Assembly: GCA_963682135.1 (NCBI GenBank)
Contig: OY821645.1
Span: 1,984,001-2,048,000, forward strand
Direction: 5' to 3'
Source: Methanothrix sp.
GTDB lineage: Archaea > Halobacteriota > Methanosarcinia > Methanotrichales > Methanotrichaceae
Length of the DNA stretch: 64,000 bases
Position 1 is the stretch's first letter; each line of letters starts with the position of its first letter. Of the stretch, positions 25,845-39,073 are shown one piece after another. The notes below the pieces were generated by a model, which made no database searches, was not told the origin of the DNA, and saw nothing but the letters and a program-made list of their open reading frames with translations. The translations under genes and the position numbers were made by a program.

Positions 25845-27338
25845 ATGGGGTGCTTGAAATTGGTTTTGCTTAAATCTGCGATAATAATATTCGCTTTGCT
25901 TGGCATATGCATGCTGCCGGCAATGGCATCAGAAATCTCCAAATTTGAATGGATTGGCAAGAATGCCGATAAGGTCGGCACATGGGACAACGGAGATCCT
26001 GATGGGAGCATGGATGGGCATTTTCTTATCGATCTGTTCTTTCCCGATCCAACAGAAATAAAGTCAATCCTGCTATACACATCAGACGAGAACGGCAATC
26101 CCGCAGGCGGGCAATTCTGGGATACGGCAGCCACCAATTACTATATCCTGGGTGTCTTCGATCAGGGCACACAGCTTAATCATAACCATGTGCCCTCTTT
26201 AGAGGCTTTTTCCGGGGATATCCAATTTGACCTCTATGCGGCTGATTCGGGTTGGTTTGAAAAAGGCAACTGGTTTGCAGCGGAGGTAACTCTGGGAGAC
26301 GGCACAAAAGTAACGAGGCTGACATCTATTGGAGAGCCCTTTGTAAACCCATCCGGACAGCTGGGCGACCCTAAGGTAGATGGCAAGTCTAAGATTAAAG
26401 GTATTCTGCAAGGCGATTCAAAATCATCTGGATCTGAAGATCAATCATCCGGTCAGGTCGATTCCGGTGCGGCGATCTTCAACACCTGGAATACCGGTGC
26501 CGTGGACAACAATCCCACCTGCAGCCCATTTTTCGCGATCTCACAGCCGCATATGATCACCTATATCGATACTTACCACTGGAACGGTGGCCAGGGCACA
26601 GCCCTAGGCGGAACCATCAGTCTGCAAAATGGAAATGGCGAGACCTTCGGCCCCTGGTCCGTTGAGGCAAAGCCAGCCTCCGGTGTAGATAATGCTTGGT
26701 GGATAGCTCACCCCAATGTGGTTATTCCGGAGGGAAACTACATGATTATCGATTCCCAGCCGGAGACGTGGTCCATGAACTCAGAATCACCCTGTGGGTT
26801 CGCTAAGGTTGAAGGGTATGCAGTACAAGCGGATCCTGTTCCTGAAGACGATCGCAGCGGGCAATCGGAAAGCAAAGGCACTGTTAGAGCCGACATAGTA
26901 GTAGATGGAGAATGCGATAATCCCATTGAGATCCTCACATCCGGTTGTGATGCAGGCTTACCTGACATTCCAGTGGAACTGACCTTTACGTATATACCAC
27001 CTGCTTATTCCGATGCTACGCCCGTTACTCTTCGCGAAATGACCGACGAGAATGGAATAGTCTACTTCAAGGATGTGCCAGCAGGTTCGAAGTTCATGCT
27101 CAAAACCAGGGTTAAGACCATGGAAAAGGAGCAGGAAGGAACCATGCCGGACCCGGCCAATGATGTGTATTTCACATTCGATTACCGATGCAAGGGATCT
27201 TGGCCCGAAGAGGTGAGAAGAGCAGCGGAGCAAAACACCGGGGTAGACTCGGAAGGGCGAATCAGCGGCATAGTCAATCCCGTCTGTGGCAATGAAGGGG
27301 TAATATGCAGTCCTGAATGTGGCCTATACCCTCTGTGA
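25845..27338 (+). CDS. Secreted multidomain hypothetical protein (contains a TYHWN domain and a C-terminal CnaB-like segment)
   Basis: Signal-like KSAIIIFALLGICMLPAMA after Met 25845 (the 25617 extension is probably spurious); shares a domain with 34833-35978. Confidence 0.7.
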   Translation: MGCLKLVLLKSAIIIFALLGICMLPAMASEISKFEWIGKNADKVGTWDNGDPDGSMDGHFLIDLFFPDPTEIKSILLYTSDENGNPAGGQFWDTAATNYYILGVFDQGTQLNHNHVPSLEAFSGDIQFDLYAADSGWFEKGNWFAAEVTLGDGTKVTRLTSIGEPFVNPSGQLGDPKVDGKSKIKGILQGDSKSSGSEDQSSGQVDSGAAIFNTWNTGAVDNNPTCSPFFAISQPHMITYIDTYHWNGGQGTALGGTISLQNGNGETFGPWSVEAKPASGVDNAWWIAHPNVVIPEGNYMIIDSQPETWSMNSESPCGFAKVEGYAVQADPVPEDDRSGQSESKGTVRADIVVDGECDNPIEILTSGCDAGLPDIPVELTFTYIPPAYSDATPVTLREMTDENGIVYFKDVPAGSKFMLKTRVKTMEKEQEGTMPDPANDVYFTFDYRCKGSWPEEVRRAAEQNTGVDSEGRISGIVNPVCGNEGVICSPECGLYPL

Positions 27339-27373
27339 AGTCTGAGATGTGTGATGAAGCAGGAATAGCAGTT

Positions 27374-27428
27374 CTTCACGGCTTCGCATGATATTAGCAA
27401 AGGTCTGTTTTCACGCGAAGGCGCGAAG
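27374..27428. repeat. Intergenic imperfect palindrome (CTTCRCGGCTTCGCRTGA-N19-TCACGCGAAGSCGCGAAG family), copy 1
   Basis: 18-bp arms (15/18 complementary) around a 19-nt loop, between convergent genes; second copy at 45864-45918. Confidence 0.75.
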
Positions 27429-27557
27429 TCTGACATAATTTTTTTGAGTGGAGACGCGCCGCAAGTAAAGGATATCGGGGCTGCAAGACGTGGCAATGCC
27501 TGAGTTTTGTACGAATCTTTCCATCATGCCTTTTGACCTAATTCAGGCTTGAGTTAA

Positions 27558-31187
<3,630 letters not shown>

Positions 31188-31346
31188 GATTATCACTAAT
31201 GAATGGTTCTGATTGATACATCTGTTGGAAGAATTGTCCTTGGCTTTCTCTTCATCGTCCGGATCGATTTGTCCAAAAAAATCCATAATCTTTGAGCAAT
31301 GAATAGATAGATAATCCTGAATAATCCAGACTTGTAACTGATAGAC

Positions 31347-31985
31347 ATGAAATCGGATGACGTAGAACTGAGTCGGTTTGCCTTTCTGGAAAAGGCAGCC
31401 GGGGATCTAGGTGCGATTGATGCTAAGGCCATTTACGCTTCCCAGGTATTTGTGGAAAACCGTGTTCCATTGAAATGCAAAACTGGCTGCATGGGTTACG
31501 GCAAGAAGCTGACCTGTCCGCCATTTGTGCCCACCGCGGACGAGTTCCGAAAGATCCTGTCCGAGTACCGGTACGCTCTGCTGGTGAAGTTCAGCTCTTC
31601 AGCCAATGCAAATCCGGATATCATCTGCTCCATTTACAGGTACTGGCTGGATCCGGATGCTCCGCCTGAGAAGAAAGAGACGGCTGATCTCTTCTGGAGA
31701 GAGTATCTGGGCGAGAACAAGCGGATACTGCTGGCCATGCTGGAGCTGGAGAAGACCGCATTCAATGCCGGATATACGCTGGCTTTGGCACTGACAAACG
31801 GCTCCTGCCGCCTGTGCGAGAACTGCAATGTTGAAAATGGAATATGCGTTCATCCAACCATGGCCAGGATTCCAGAGCATGCCGTGGGGGTCAATATGAA
31901 AAAGACAGCTGAAGGAGCAGGCATGGCCATAAAGTTTCCTGTTTCGGGAAACCCTACGCCCATGGCGCTACTTCTCATCGATTGA
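31347..31985 (+). CDS. DUF2284 predicted metal-binding protein
   Basis: KCKTGC..YG...TCPP and GSCRLCENC..C.HP..AR..E..GV Cys pattern. Confidence 0.85.
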   Translation: MKSDDVELSRFAFLEKAAGDLGAIDAKAIYASQVFVENRVPLKCKTGCMGYGKKLTCPPFVPTADEFRKILSEYRYALLVKFSSSANANPDIICSIYRYWLDPDAPPEKKETADLFWREYLGENKRILLAMLELEKTAFNAGYTLALALTNGSCRLCENCNVENGICVHPTMARIPEHAVGVNMKKTAEGAGMAIKFPVSGNPTPMALLLID

Positions 31986-32108
31986 TTATCTCAAACATCT
32001 CGACATTGACGAGCACGATCCTATCGCAGGGCTGGGATGCTCCAGGATCTGGGTGGCCACAAGGCAGCTGCCCTGGTATGCCTGGAAATCTCGACATTTT
32101 CTTCAATT

Positions 32109-32630
32109 CTAGGCAATGTACAATATTACCATTTGAATTCCAGCTATAATCGCGAATAGAATTAGCATTAACGTAATACGCCCGCTCCATCGATGAACGG
32201 TATGTATTCTCATATCCTTTGATTTGAATTGGAATATTCCGAGCAGAGGAGTCGCTACGAGAAAAACAAGGACGCTGGCGCCCAGATATGCATGCATTTC
32301 TCGCACAAAAAATGTTTCCATGTACACGGATACCATATATGCTGCGATAGAAAGGCCTGCCAGAACAAATGCAACCCCTAACAGTGCCAGTTTTTTATGC
32401 AATCCTACCCATCCCGTCCTTTGCTTTAGGTATCGTGCCGTGAATGCTCCACCTGTCAGAGACATAACCCCGACAACTACCATTATCATATGATATGGCC
32501 AGGGTGGAGGAAATTGATGAGTATGAGCACTACCTCCTGCTTCTGAAGGATCATGTGCGCTTGCCACACCCATAAAAAATGATAGGAAAAATAATGAAAT
32601 CATCAAGACATAGAGCATAGATTTCTGCAT
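32109..32630 (-). CDS. Cytochrome b561-like membrane protein (4 TM core with four His)
   Basis: His residues in PYHMIM, WVGLHKKL, MHAYLG and VHRWSGR at TM boundaries, as in b561 domains; an extra N-terminal hydrophobic segment is followed by a His-rich linker. Confidence 0.65.
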   Translation of the reverse strand: MQKSMLYVLMISLFFLSFFMGVASAHDPSEAGGSAHTHQFPPPWPYHMIMVVVGVMSLTGGAFTARYLKQRTGWVGLHKKLALLGVAFVLAGLSIAAYMVSVYMETFFVREMHAYLGASVLVFLVATPLLGIFQFKSKDMRIHTVHRWSGRITLMLILFAIIAGIQMVILYIA

Positions 32631-32821
32631 ATAACCGCCTCTATTGGTATTGGCTTCTCTATCTAGAAAAACGTTTGGCTATTTAGAAAATGTTTGAGAA
32701 TCTGCCTATCTTCAGCATTGCTTACCGGCCCAACTCATAGTCACCCCTCAGTGGATGCTTGCAGGATCAGATTTATATTTCAATGCGCCATTGCTTGCTA
32801 TCAAGTGAGTGAGGCGCAAAG

Positions 32822-33472
32822 ATGAGATGGATGCTTTTTACGATGCTGTTTGTTCTTGCTTGCATCGCTGCCAATATGGCTACTGTTAACGCAGATGATG
32901 ATGATGCGGCTAGCGTCCAAACTACTGATGATTTATTAGCCCAGAACTTCACGGAGCATTCCTGGATATTTGTCAATGGCTACATGGAAGAGTCGAGAAT
33001 ACTGCAGACCGATATAGGATTTAAAGGCCAAAAGATGGCCCTCACCACAAGTGGAAGCGGAATGGCTACCAGAACTATAGACTCAGAGGTCTACCGGGAC
33101 TCGAATCGTGAAGAAGCATCGCTCACCATCTCAGCCAATTATGATTATGCACCCTACGTTCCTCCCCTCACACAAAGTGACCTTAGGAATGCTCTGTGCG
33201 CCAAGAATTACGAGGTGGGCTCTGTTTTTTCTGAGACCTACAACATCGATAAAGATCTCATAAAGGATACCAAGATCTACCAGAACGACAGCTTCTCCGT
33301 TTATGAGATCAGCTCCGAGATCCAGGGAACCGCCAGGATCGGCCAGCGGGTGCAGAAGAATGCCAAGACAGTGCCGTCCTTTATGATGAACGGGATGTAC
33401 GTGGGCTATGCGCAGATTAGGTCGGAGACCATTGTGGGAAATACCTCCGTCTTGACCCTGCCCTGCCCATAA
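32822..33472 (+). CDS. Secreted beta-rich protein, paralog of 38089-39018 and of the giant protein C-terminal domains (candidate sheath/envelope family)
   Basis: Signal peptide; motifs GFKGQKM..SGSG, LCAKNYEVGSVFSETY, GTARIG and terminal LPC. Confidence 0.75.
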   Translation: MRWMLFTMLFVLACIAANMATVNADDDDAASVQTTDDLLAQNFTEHSWIFVNGYMEESRILQTDIGFKGQKMALTTSGSGMATRTIDSEVYRDSNREEASLTISANYDYAPYVPPLTQSDLRNALCAKNYEVGSVFSETYNIDKDLIKDTKIYQNDSFSVYEISSEIQGTARIGQRVQKNAKTVPSFMMNGMYVGYAQIRSETIVGNTSVLTLPCP

Positions 33473-33480
33473 GAGTGCCT

Positions 33481-33966
33481 TTAGATCGTGGTCGCATGGT
33501 GAGCCGCTGCTGCTACAGCTCGCATCTCCTGTGGGTCCAGAGCATAATGCAAGTGGCTCTGGCAGCGGCAATCCGTGCAGCCGAAACGGGGCACGGCCAT
33601 GAGCCGTTTCCCAATGGCTTTCGCGATGCTACACTCCAGATCCTGGGTGGTTTTGGTGATGAACACCTCCACTAAGCTGGTGTGGGGTAAGAGGTAGTCT
33701 ATGTGCCAGCGTCGAGTTGTTTTTATTCCCTCTAATACCTGAATGTGGCGATCTACACGCTTGAGGCCGCCCGGACCCCTCGCTGAACCGGTGTAAGAAT
33801 AAAAGCCGCTGACAAAGTCGATGACGTCCAGTGATCCGACCTCTATCTGCCTTGCCTGCGGCAAGAAAAGTATTAGTGAATAAATTCCCGGCTCATTTCT
33901 CTGCGGCTGCATGCCTGTTTCTCGTGATGGTGGATATTTGATCTTGGTGCTTTGTGGAGGAATCAT
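33481..33966 (-). CDS. GIY-YIG (DUF123-type) nuclease family protein
   Basis: GIYSL..G.YSYTGSA..R..RH..RWHIDYL..EC..FGCTDCRCQSHL. The start may be 33912. Confidence 0.88.
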   Translation of the reverse strand: MIPPQSTKIKYPPSRETGMQPQRNEPGIYSLILFLPQARQIEVGSLDVIDFVSGFYSYTGSARGPGGLKRVDRHIQVLEGIKTTRRWHIDYLLPHTSLVEVFITKTTQDLECSIAKAIGKRLMAVPRFGCTDCRCQSHLHYALDPQEMRAVAAAAHHATTI

Positions 33967-34043
33967 GGAGGAAATATACGAGGGGCATATTAAAGCAAGT
34001 CTTTTCTAGGATGAAGGAGCAATTGGCTCTAGGTGAAAATTAA

Positions 34044-34637
34044 ATGAAGTTATTATTAGCAGCAACCATGATGCTGATGCTGTCTGCCATGGCGATGGCT
34101 GTGCCGGATAGCCAACAGCTCGGACCTTACACGGTATCGTTTGATCTAAATGCCAATTATCAGGTTCAGAATACCCAGCCCATTGAAATGAAGACTGCCA
34201 ACGCCTATCAGATGGGCTTATTTGTCGACAATTCCACCTATGCCACAATCGGCATAACTGAGTACGCCGAGCTGACAGATTCCACACTGATGGTTTTCAA
34301 GAGCATGTTACCGATGAGCATGATGCTCCAGGGCCTCAATGTCACAAATGTCGAAGATGTCGCAATTGAAGGGAAGGAAGGCTTCTTGGTTACAGGTACG
34401 CCTTACGAGGCAATGGCAGGAGCTCCAAGCCAAGTCTACCGAGCCATGTACTGGTTAGATAGCCAGGACTGCGAATGCGGACCGGTATCTGTAGGCAAGA
34501 CCAGCGTCGTAATCACCTCAACATATCCCTTGGATGTCACGCAGGGCCTGCTTTCCAGCCTACAAATAGTGATGGGCCAGGTCGCGACCACGGCTGCCCC
34601 ATCGGCTCAGGGCGGACAAATTCTGCCCCCTGCTTAG
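34044..34637 (+). CDS. Secreted hypothetical protein (possible PsbP/Mog1-like fold)
   Basis: Signal peptide MKLLLAATMMLMLSAMAMA; GPYTVSFDL N-terminus; CxC motif. Confidence 0.75.
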   Translation: MKLLLAATMMLMLSAMAMAVPDSQQLGPYTVSFDLNANYQVQNTQPIEMKTANAYQMGLFVDNSTYATIGITEYAELTDSTLMVFKSMLPMSMMLQGLNVTNVEDVAIEGKEGFLVTGTPYEAMAGAPSQVYRAMYWLDSQDCECGPVSVGKTSVVITSTYPLDVTQGLLSSLQIVMGQVATTAAPSAQGGQILPPA

Positions 34638-34832
34638 GCGATTGAATTATCCGAGAAAACGACAACGGAAAAAGAGGCCTGAAATAGGCAGTTTCCGTTT
34701 TCGTCTCTCTTAAAAATCCGATCGATCCCCTCTGTACGACTTCTCGGAATCAAAGATTTATATCCATTGCGCGTCTTGGATGTTTGCATCTCTTTCAGTT
34801 TGAGGCGCTGAAATGTTTCGAGGTGGATTTGA

Positions 34833-35978
34833 ATGATCAGACCCAGGAAACTGTTTACGATTTCTATGTTTTTCATCCTGGCCGCTTTAATTGTGACCCT
34901 GCCGGGTCTTGGCCAGTGCTATGGTCTTCCCTCTCCGGGTGATGGGGAAGAACGCATCTTTGCTCAGAGTGCATGTGCCGGAGTGAGCAATGACCCGCCC
35001 AACCCTACAGTCTTTACCATTGATGAGCCAAGGACCATCACCAAAATTGGCACATATCACTGGAACGATGCCTCCGGCGAGTCGCCGGGGACTATTGGGT
35101 TGAGAGACGAACTGGGCAAGACCTACGGCCCCTGGCAGGCCGAAGGAGAATCAGGCCAGGGTGGCGTTCCTAATGCTTATTGGATCGTCTATTTAACTCC
35201 TGCATTGGATTTGCCTGCAGGAACCTATACTATTATCGACTCCAGCCCATCGACCTGGTCATACACTTACGAGAGCGGGGATTGCGGACTTGTCGCGGTT
35301 ATAGGTCTTATGGGCGGAAGCGACAGCGTGAAGTCTGCTCCCTGTGCTGGTGAAGGTGTGGACTATTCCCCCCGCAGTCCGACCGACCTTTATGATGCCG
35401 GCCCAGTGCTGGTTCCGGGCATGTACAATATCTGGTACGGCAAAAGGACCGGCACTCAGATAGGAATGCCTGACAAATGGAACCAACTGGGGCCAAAGGA
35501 GCTGTTGGGCGGCGAGTTCTATGTCTTTGATGTGACGGCAGCCGGCCTGGCCGAGTCTACACCCCAGATGATCGACCCCATGCTCACCAATCCAGCCCCC
35601 GGCGAGTCTCTGGTCTGGCTTAAGCTCAGCTTGGAAGATGCTTATGTGGTCTGCTTTGAGGGACCGCTGGACGGCGGGCTGAACCTGGCCGGTGCCTGGA
35701 AGATGTCCGGACATCAGGAAGGCTTCAACGATTGGAAGGCGGACCTGAATTTAAAGAAAGACGGCACCCTGGAATGGACGGAGACCGAGGGGGCTAATGT
35801 GGGGGCCAATCGAGAGGGAACCTGGCAATTCGATGGAACGGTCCTTACTCTGGAATGGGTATCGCCGGGCGGAGGACAGACCTCCTGGCAATCACGATCG
35901 GTTGCGAAAAATTCGATATCTTCCGGCACCTACACAGTTGAGAGAGCTCCGGGGGGGACCTGGTCTGCGATGAGGTAA
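34833..35978 (+). CDS. Secreted hypothetical protein (TYHWN domain + C-terminal lipocalin-like barrel)
   Basis: Signal peptide; TYHWN..GPW..GTYTIIDSSPSTWS domain; C-terminal LAGAWK..DGTL..GTWQFDG pattern. Confidence 0.75.
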   Translation: MIRPRKLFTISMFFILAALIVTLPGLGQCYGLPSPGDGEERIFAQSACAGVSNDPPNPTVFTIDEPRTITKIGTYHWNDASGESPGTIGLRDELGKTYGPWQAEGESGQGGVPNAYWIVYLTPALDLPAGTYTIIDSSPSTWSYTYESGDCGLVAVIGLMGGSDSVKSAPCAGEGVDYSPRSPTDLYDAGPVLVPGMYNIWYGKRTGTQIGMPDKWNQLGPKELLGGEFYVFDVTAAGLAESTPQMIDPMLTNPAPGESLVWLKLSLEDAYVVCFEGPLDGGLNLAGAWKMSGHQEGFNDWKADLNLKKDGTLEWTETEGANVGANREGTWQFDGTVLTLEWVSPGGGQTSWQSRSVAKNSISSGTYTVERAPGGTWSAMR

Positions 35979-35982
35979 AAGA

Positions 35983-36939
35983 ATGAATAACTTCTTGATA
36001 TCGATAATCACCATCATATCTTTGGTGGGGTGCATAGCTGCCGCAGATGGAAGCGGCGTGGAGCTGCGGCCAGGAGAAGCATTGGCAGAGATGCGATTTG
36101 AGAGTGGAATTGGCCAGCCATGGGTAGGCGGCAATCCACCATCATCCGGCACGTATGATTCCATATATTCTCAATACTATTGGAGCTACAAAGGATCAGC
36201 TCCCAAGAAGCATATTGATAGCCCAAAGAAGCATGTGATCGCTGATAGTCTGCCCAGCACAGTCTATTTCAGCTATCAGATGCAAGCCGTGCCGTACACT
36301 CAATATCAGAGCAATGCCGCCTACACCGGAGGAGACTCTTTGTGGATACTGGGCTCTTCCAGTTGGTCCCAGTATGCTAGAGTTCCCCAGTGGTCCGGTC
36401 TATCTCTGCTGGCAGCATCCACCAAAGGCGGCAAAGGATATCTGTATGAGATAACTCCTGATGGAAAGCTATCCAAGGAAAGCTTCTCCTTCTTCCCTGG
36501 CAGCAGCCAGATAGACTTCTATGCAGATACAATCGGCCAGCATGTGCTGCTCTTTGCAATTGGCGGCCAGGTAAGCAATGCCATAGTCATCGATGTTGTC
36601 AATGCCTATCCGCAAACATATCCGGCGACCCCTGGCTATCCACCTGCTCAGGTTCTTCCTCCTGCGACAACTGCTCCGCCTGCGATGGGTGACACCCCCG
36701 TGACGATAATCTCCCAGGGCATGAGTGGATATCAGGTTTTCCTGGATGGTAATTACATCGGCACTGAGGGGACGGGAGGAGACGCACTTGATGGAAGGTT
36801 CAGCTTCAGGGTGATTGGCGGCAGGAACCATGATGTTCGGGTCTATGATGGTCAGTTCAATTATCCGAAGACAATGTTCTTCCAAAAGGGCGTCCAGAAG
36901 ATAATCTACGTGGAACCGGGAACAGCAGTATATATTTGA
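35983..36939 (+). CDS. Secreted hypothetical protein with a C-terminal PEGA-like domain
   Basis: Signal peptide, Tyr-rich region, Pro/Ala/Thr linker and YQVFLDGNYIG..H.VRV pattern. Confidence 0.75.
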   Translation: MNNFLISIITIISLVGCIAAADGSGVELRPGEALAEMRFESGIGQPWVGGNPPSSGTYDSIYSQYYWSYKGSAPKKHIDSPKKHVIADSLPSTVYFSYQMQAVPYTQYQSNAAYTGGDSLWILGSSSWSQYARVPQWSGLSLLAASTKGGKGYLYEITPDGKLSKESFSFFPGSSQIDFYADTIGQHVLLFAIGGQVSNAIVIDVVNAYPQTYPATPGYPPAQVLPPATTAPPAMGDTPVTIISQGMSGYQVFLDGNYIGTEGTGGDALDGRFSFRVIGGRNHDVRVYDGQFNYPKTMFFQKGVQKIIYVEPGTAVYI

Positions 36940-36944
36940 GCTGC

Positions 36945-36960
36945 TGTCTTCTTTTTTTCT
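36945..36960 (+). terminator. Oligo-T terminator
   Basis: ctgtcttctttttttct immediately after the stop at 36939. Confidence 0.5.
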
Positions 36961-37103
36961 ATTGCCATTGTCTGAAAAATGAGGGGCTAAGAGGCTTATG
37001 GCGTCGGGAAAGTACTTATTCCAGAAGTATACATGCTAAGTGCTCAAAATCGTCATGGGACTCAATAAATACGATATGGGCTGCATAGGTATCCTAAATT
37101 GGA

Positions 37104-37187
37104 GCGGGGTTTGCCAAGCTGGCCAAAGGCGCGGGACTTAAGATCCCGTCTCGCAGGAGTTCGCGGGTTCGAATCCCGTACCCCGCA
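37104..37187 (+). tRNA. tRNA-Leu (TAA)
   Basis: Acceptor GCGGGGT/ACCCCGC+A, anticodon arm CGGGA-CTTAAGA-TCCCG, long variable arm and GGTTCGAATCC; CCA not encoded. Confidence 0.96.
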
Positions 37188-37366
37188 TTACGTATATCGA
37201 ATTATCGGTTAGCACATAGCTGTCTGATCAATTGCTTTTGGAATCTGTTAAGTCTAATGAATTCAAGCCTGTGGCAGAAAATTGTCGGCACCCCAATTTT
37301 TGAAATAGTAGAAGATACAATTATGATCAGTAAGTGTGATCAAGTATAGGATCTGAGGGAGATATT

Positions 37367-38020
37367 ATGAGGATATATTTATTAATACTAATATCTATAT
37401 TATTGCTATGTTGCTCTGCATTTCAGGCAGCAGCTGGAAACACCCTTAGCATAGAGGGTCCGAGTGGCTGGACAAAGAATCTGGAAGTGGCCCAGGGATC
37501 GACTGCAACTCTTGTCGTCCTGACTCCAAAAGAAGGCGATGGCATACTCTTTGATCAATATCCCGATGGAAGCATTCATGAATGCTCCTATTACTTCCTG
37601 TGCAACGATCGCCTGCCTTTCCGCGCGAATGCACCCGGGCGGCATGTATTGCATTACGTTCTGAATGGCAAAGAGAGCAACACCGTGGCCATAGATGTGA
37701 AAGGCACTCCTGCCCCGAAAGAATGCCCAACGCCCTCGCTGAGGCCCGAGCCATGTTCCATGCCTAAAGCGAGCATTCGCGCAACATCCGTTTGCGTTGT
37801 GCCTCGCATTGCGCCCGTCTCTCTCTCCCGAGAGATATCGAGTTATCCGATGTTGCTTGAGTACCGTCCGACAGGTGCTCATATCATGAATTACCAAAAT
37901 GGAATTGTCATCCCCAAGTCTGCATCTCAATATCATTTTGGCAAGGATTTCTCGTTAGGGACGATCGACAATAACTATCCTGGAACGCCATTTCTGCTCC
38001 AGTATCTTTCCGATCCCTAA
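37367..38020 (+). CDS. Secreted hypothetical protein sharing a domain with 35983-36939
   Basis: Signal peptide; SIEGPSGW..PDG..F.A...G.HVL...G..SN...IDV pattern. Confidence 0.7.
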   Translation: MRIYLLILISILLLCCSAFQAAAGNTLSIEGPSGWTKNLEVAQGSTATLVVLTPKEGDGILFDQYPDGSIHECSYYFLCNDRLPFRANAPGRHVLHYVLNGKESNTVAIDVKGTPAPKECPTPSLRPEPCSMPKASIRATSVCVVPRIAPVSLSREISSYPMLLEYRPTGAHIMNYQNGIVIPKSASQYHFGKDFSLGTIDNNYPGTPFLLQYLSDP

Positions 38021-38088
38021 AGATTAGTCTAAAAAGAGCAGGTGCTTTTTAGAGGCCTCCTCTTTCTTTATACTATTCTTGCATCCAA

Positions 38089-39018
38089 TCATGTGCAAGG
38101 CAGCCAGTCAACGCTGACAGCGCCGCAGGTGGAGTTACCCCAAAGCTGGATGAACTTCTCGATGGAGAAGACGCCGGCAAGATCCTCGACGCTGCGTCCA
38201 TACTCGGCATGGCGGCCTTTCAATTGCGGATCTGAAGCAGGATCCCTGGAGAGCCAGCCAATGTGGGCCACACCGATGACAAACGAGTTTAAGTTGGCTT
38301 CAAGAACTCCTGTGCAACAGGGCAAAGGTGGATATCGAATGCTGAAATCGCGCTCTATCTGTCCGTATTTTACTGAAAAATATATTGATTCCTTTTTGTC
38401 CATGTAATTTCTCGTCTTGATCTCAGAGTTTCTTTGCAGATGCTCGGCATGGGTGTACATCTCGGTCATGACCGCTCCTATCTTGTAGTTTTGCACACAC
38501 AGCTTATCCATCCATTTCTGGTCGTATGTGCCGGTCTGGTAGGAGACAGGCATATACTCGAATTCTGCCTGCTTGGTGAAGTTGATATAATCCATGGGAC
38601 CAAAGCCGGTTGGCCATTGACGGTATCTGAATTTGAATTTATAAGGGAAGAAGTCATCCCAGTAAACCGGAGGTCCCCAGGGCCCGAAATCTCCATCGTA
38701 ATCACCCATTTCATCCGGCCAATCAGGCTCGGCTGTATCCTTCCAAATGGAGACTTCTGCCAGGTAAGGCCCACCACATCTGCTGCCGATCTGCCTCTCC
38801 GCCTCCAGCTCGGTCTTATCGGTGATAACATTGCCGCTGCCGGATTCCTTTTCAACAAGCTTGGAGCCATTAAACCCATTCTGAGTGGAAATTATCTTCT
38901 CGACGTTTTTGTATCCTACACCCTGGACGGATGCCTTCTCATACATGTAGTTGGCAGCACCAACTCCTCCGATCATCGAAATAGCCAGTATTATGCAGAT
39001 TAGTGATCGATTTATCAT
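38089..39018 (-). CDS. Secreted Cys-containing beta-rich protein (candidate sheath/envelope structural family)
   Basis: ATG at 39018 after a purine-rich RBS-like sequence; signal MINRSLICIILAISMIGGVGA; motifs SVQGVG, ESGSGN, KW..LCVQNY.IG, GVAHIG, EDLAGVFSI and terminal WLPCT. Confidence 0.8.
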   Translation of the reverse strand: MINRSLICIILAISMIGGVGAANYMYEKASVQGVGYKNVEKIISTQNGFNGSKLVEKESGSGNVITDKTELEAERQIGSRCGGPYLAEVSIWKDTAEPDWPDEMGDYDGDFGPWGPPVYWDDFFPYKFKFRYRQWPTGFGPMDYINFTKQAEFEYMPVSYQTGTYDQKWMDKLCVQNYKIGAVMTEMYTHAEHLQRNSEIKTRNYMDKKESIYFSVKYGQIERDFSIRYPPLPCCTGVLEANLNSFVIGVAHIGWLSRDPASDPQLKGRHAEYGRSVEDLAGVFSIEKFIQLWGNSTCGAVSVDWLPCT

Positions 39019-39073
39019 TTCACTCTCTCCGAGCATTGTGAGTCGGTGGGTCATGACAATTGGTTTCTTCATA

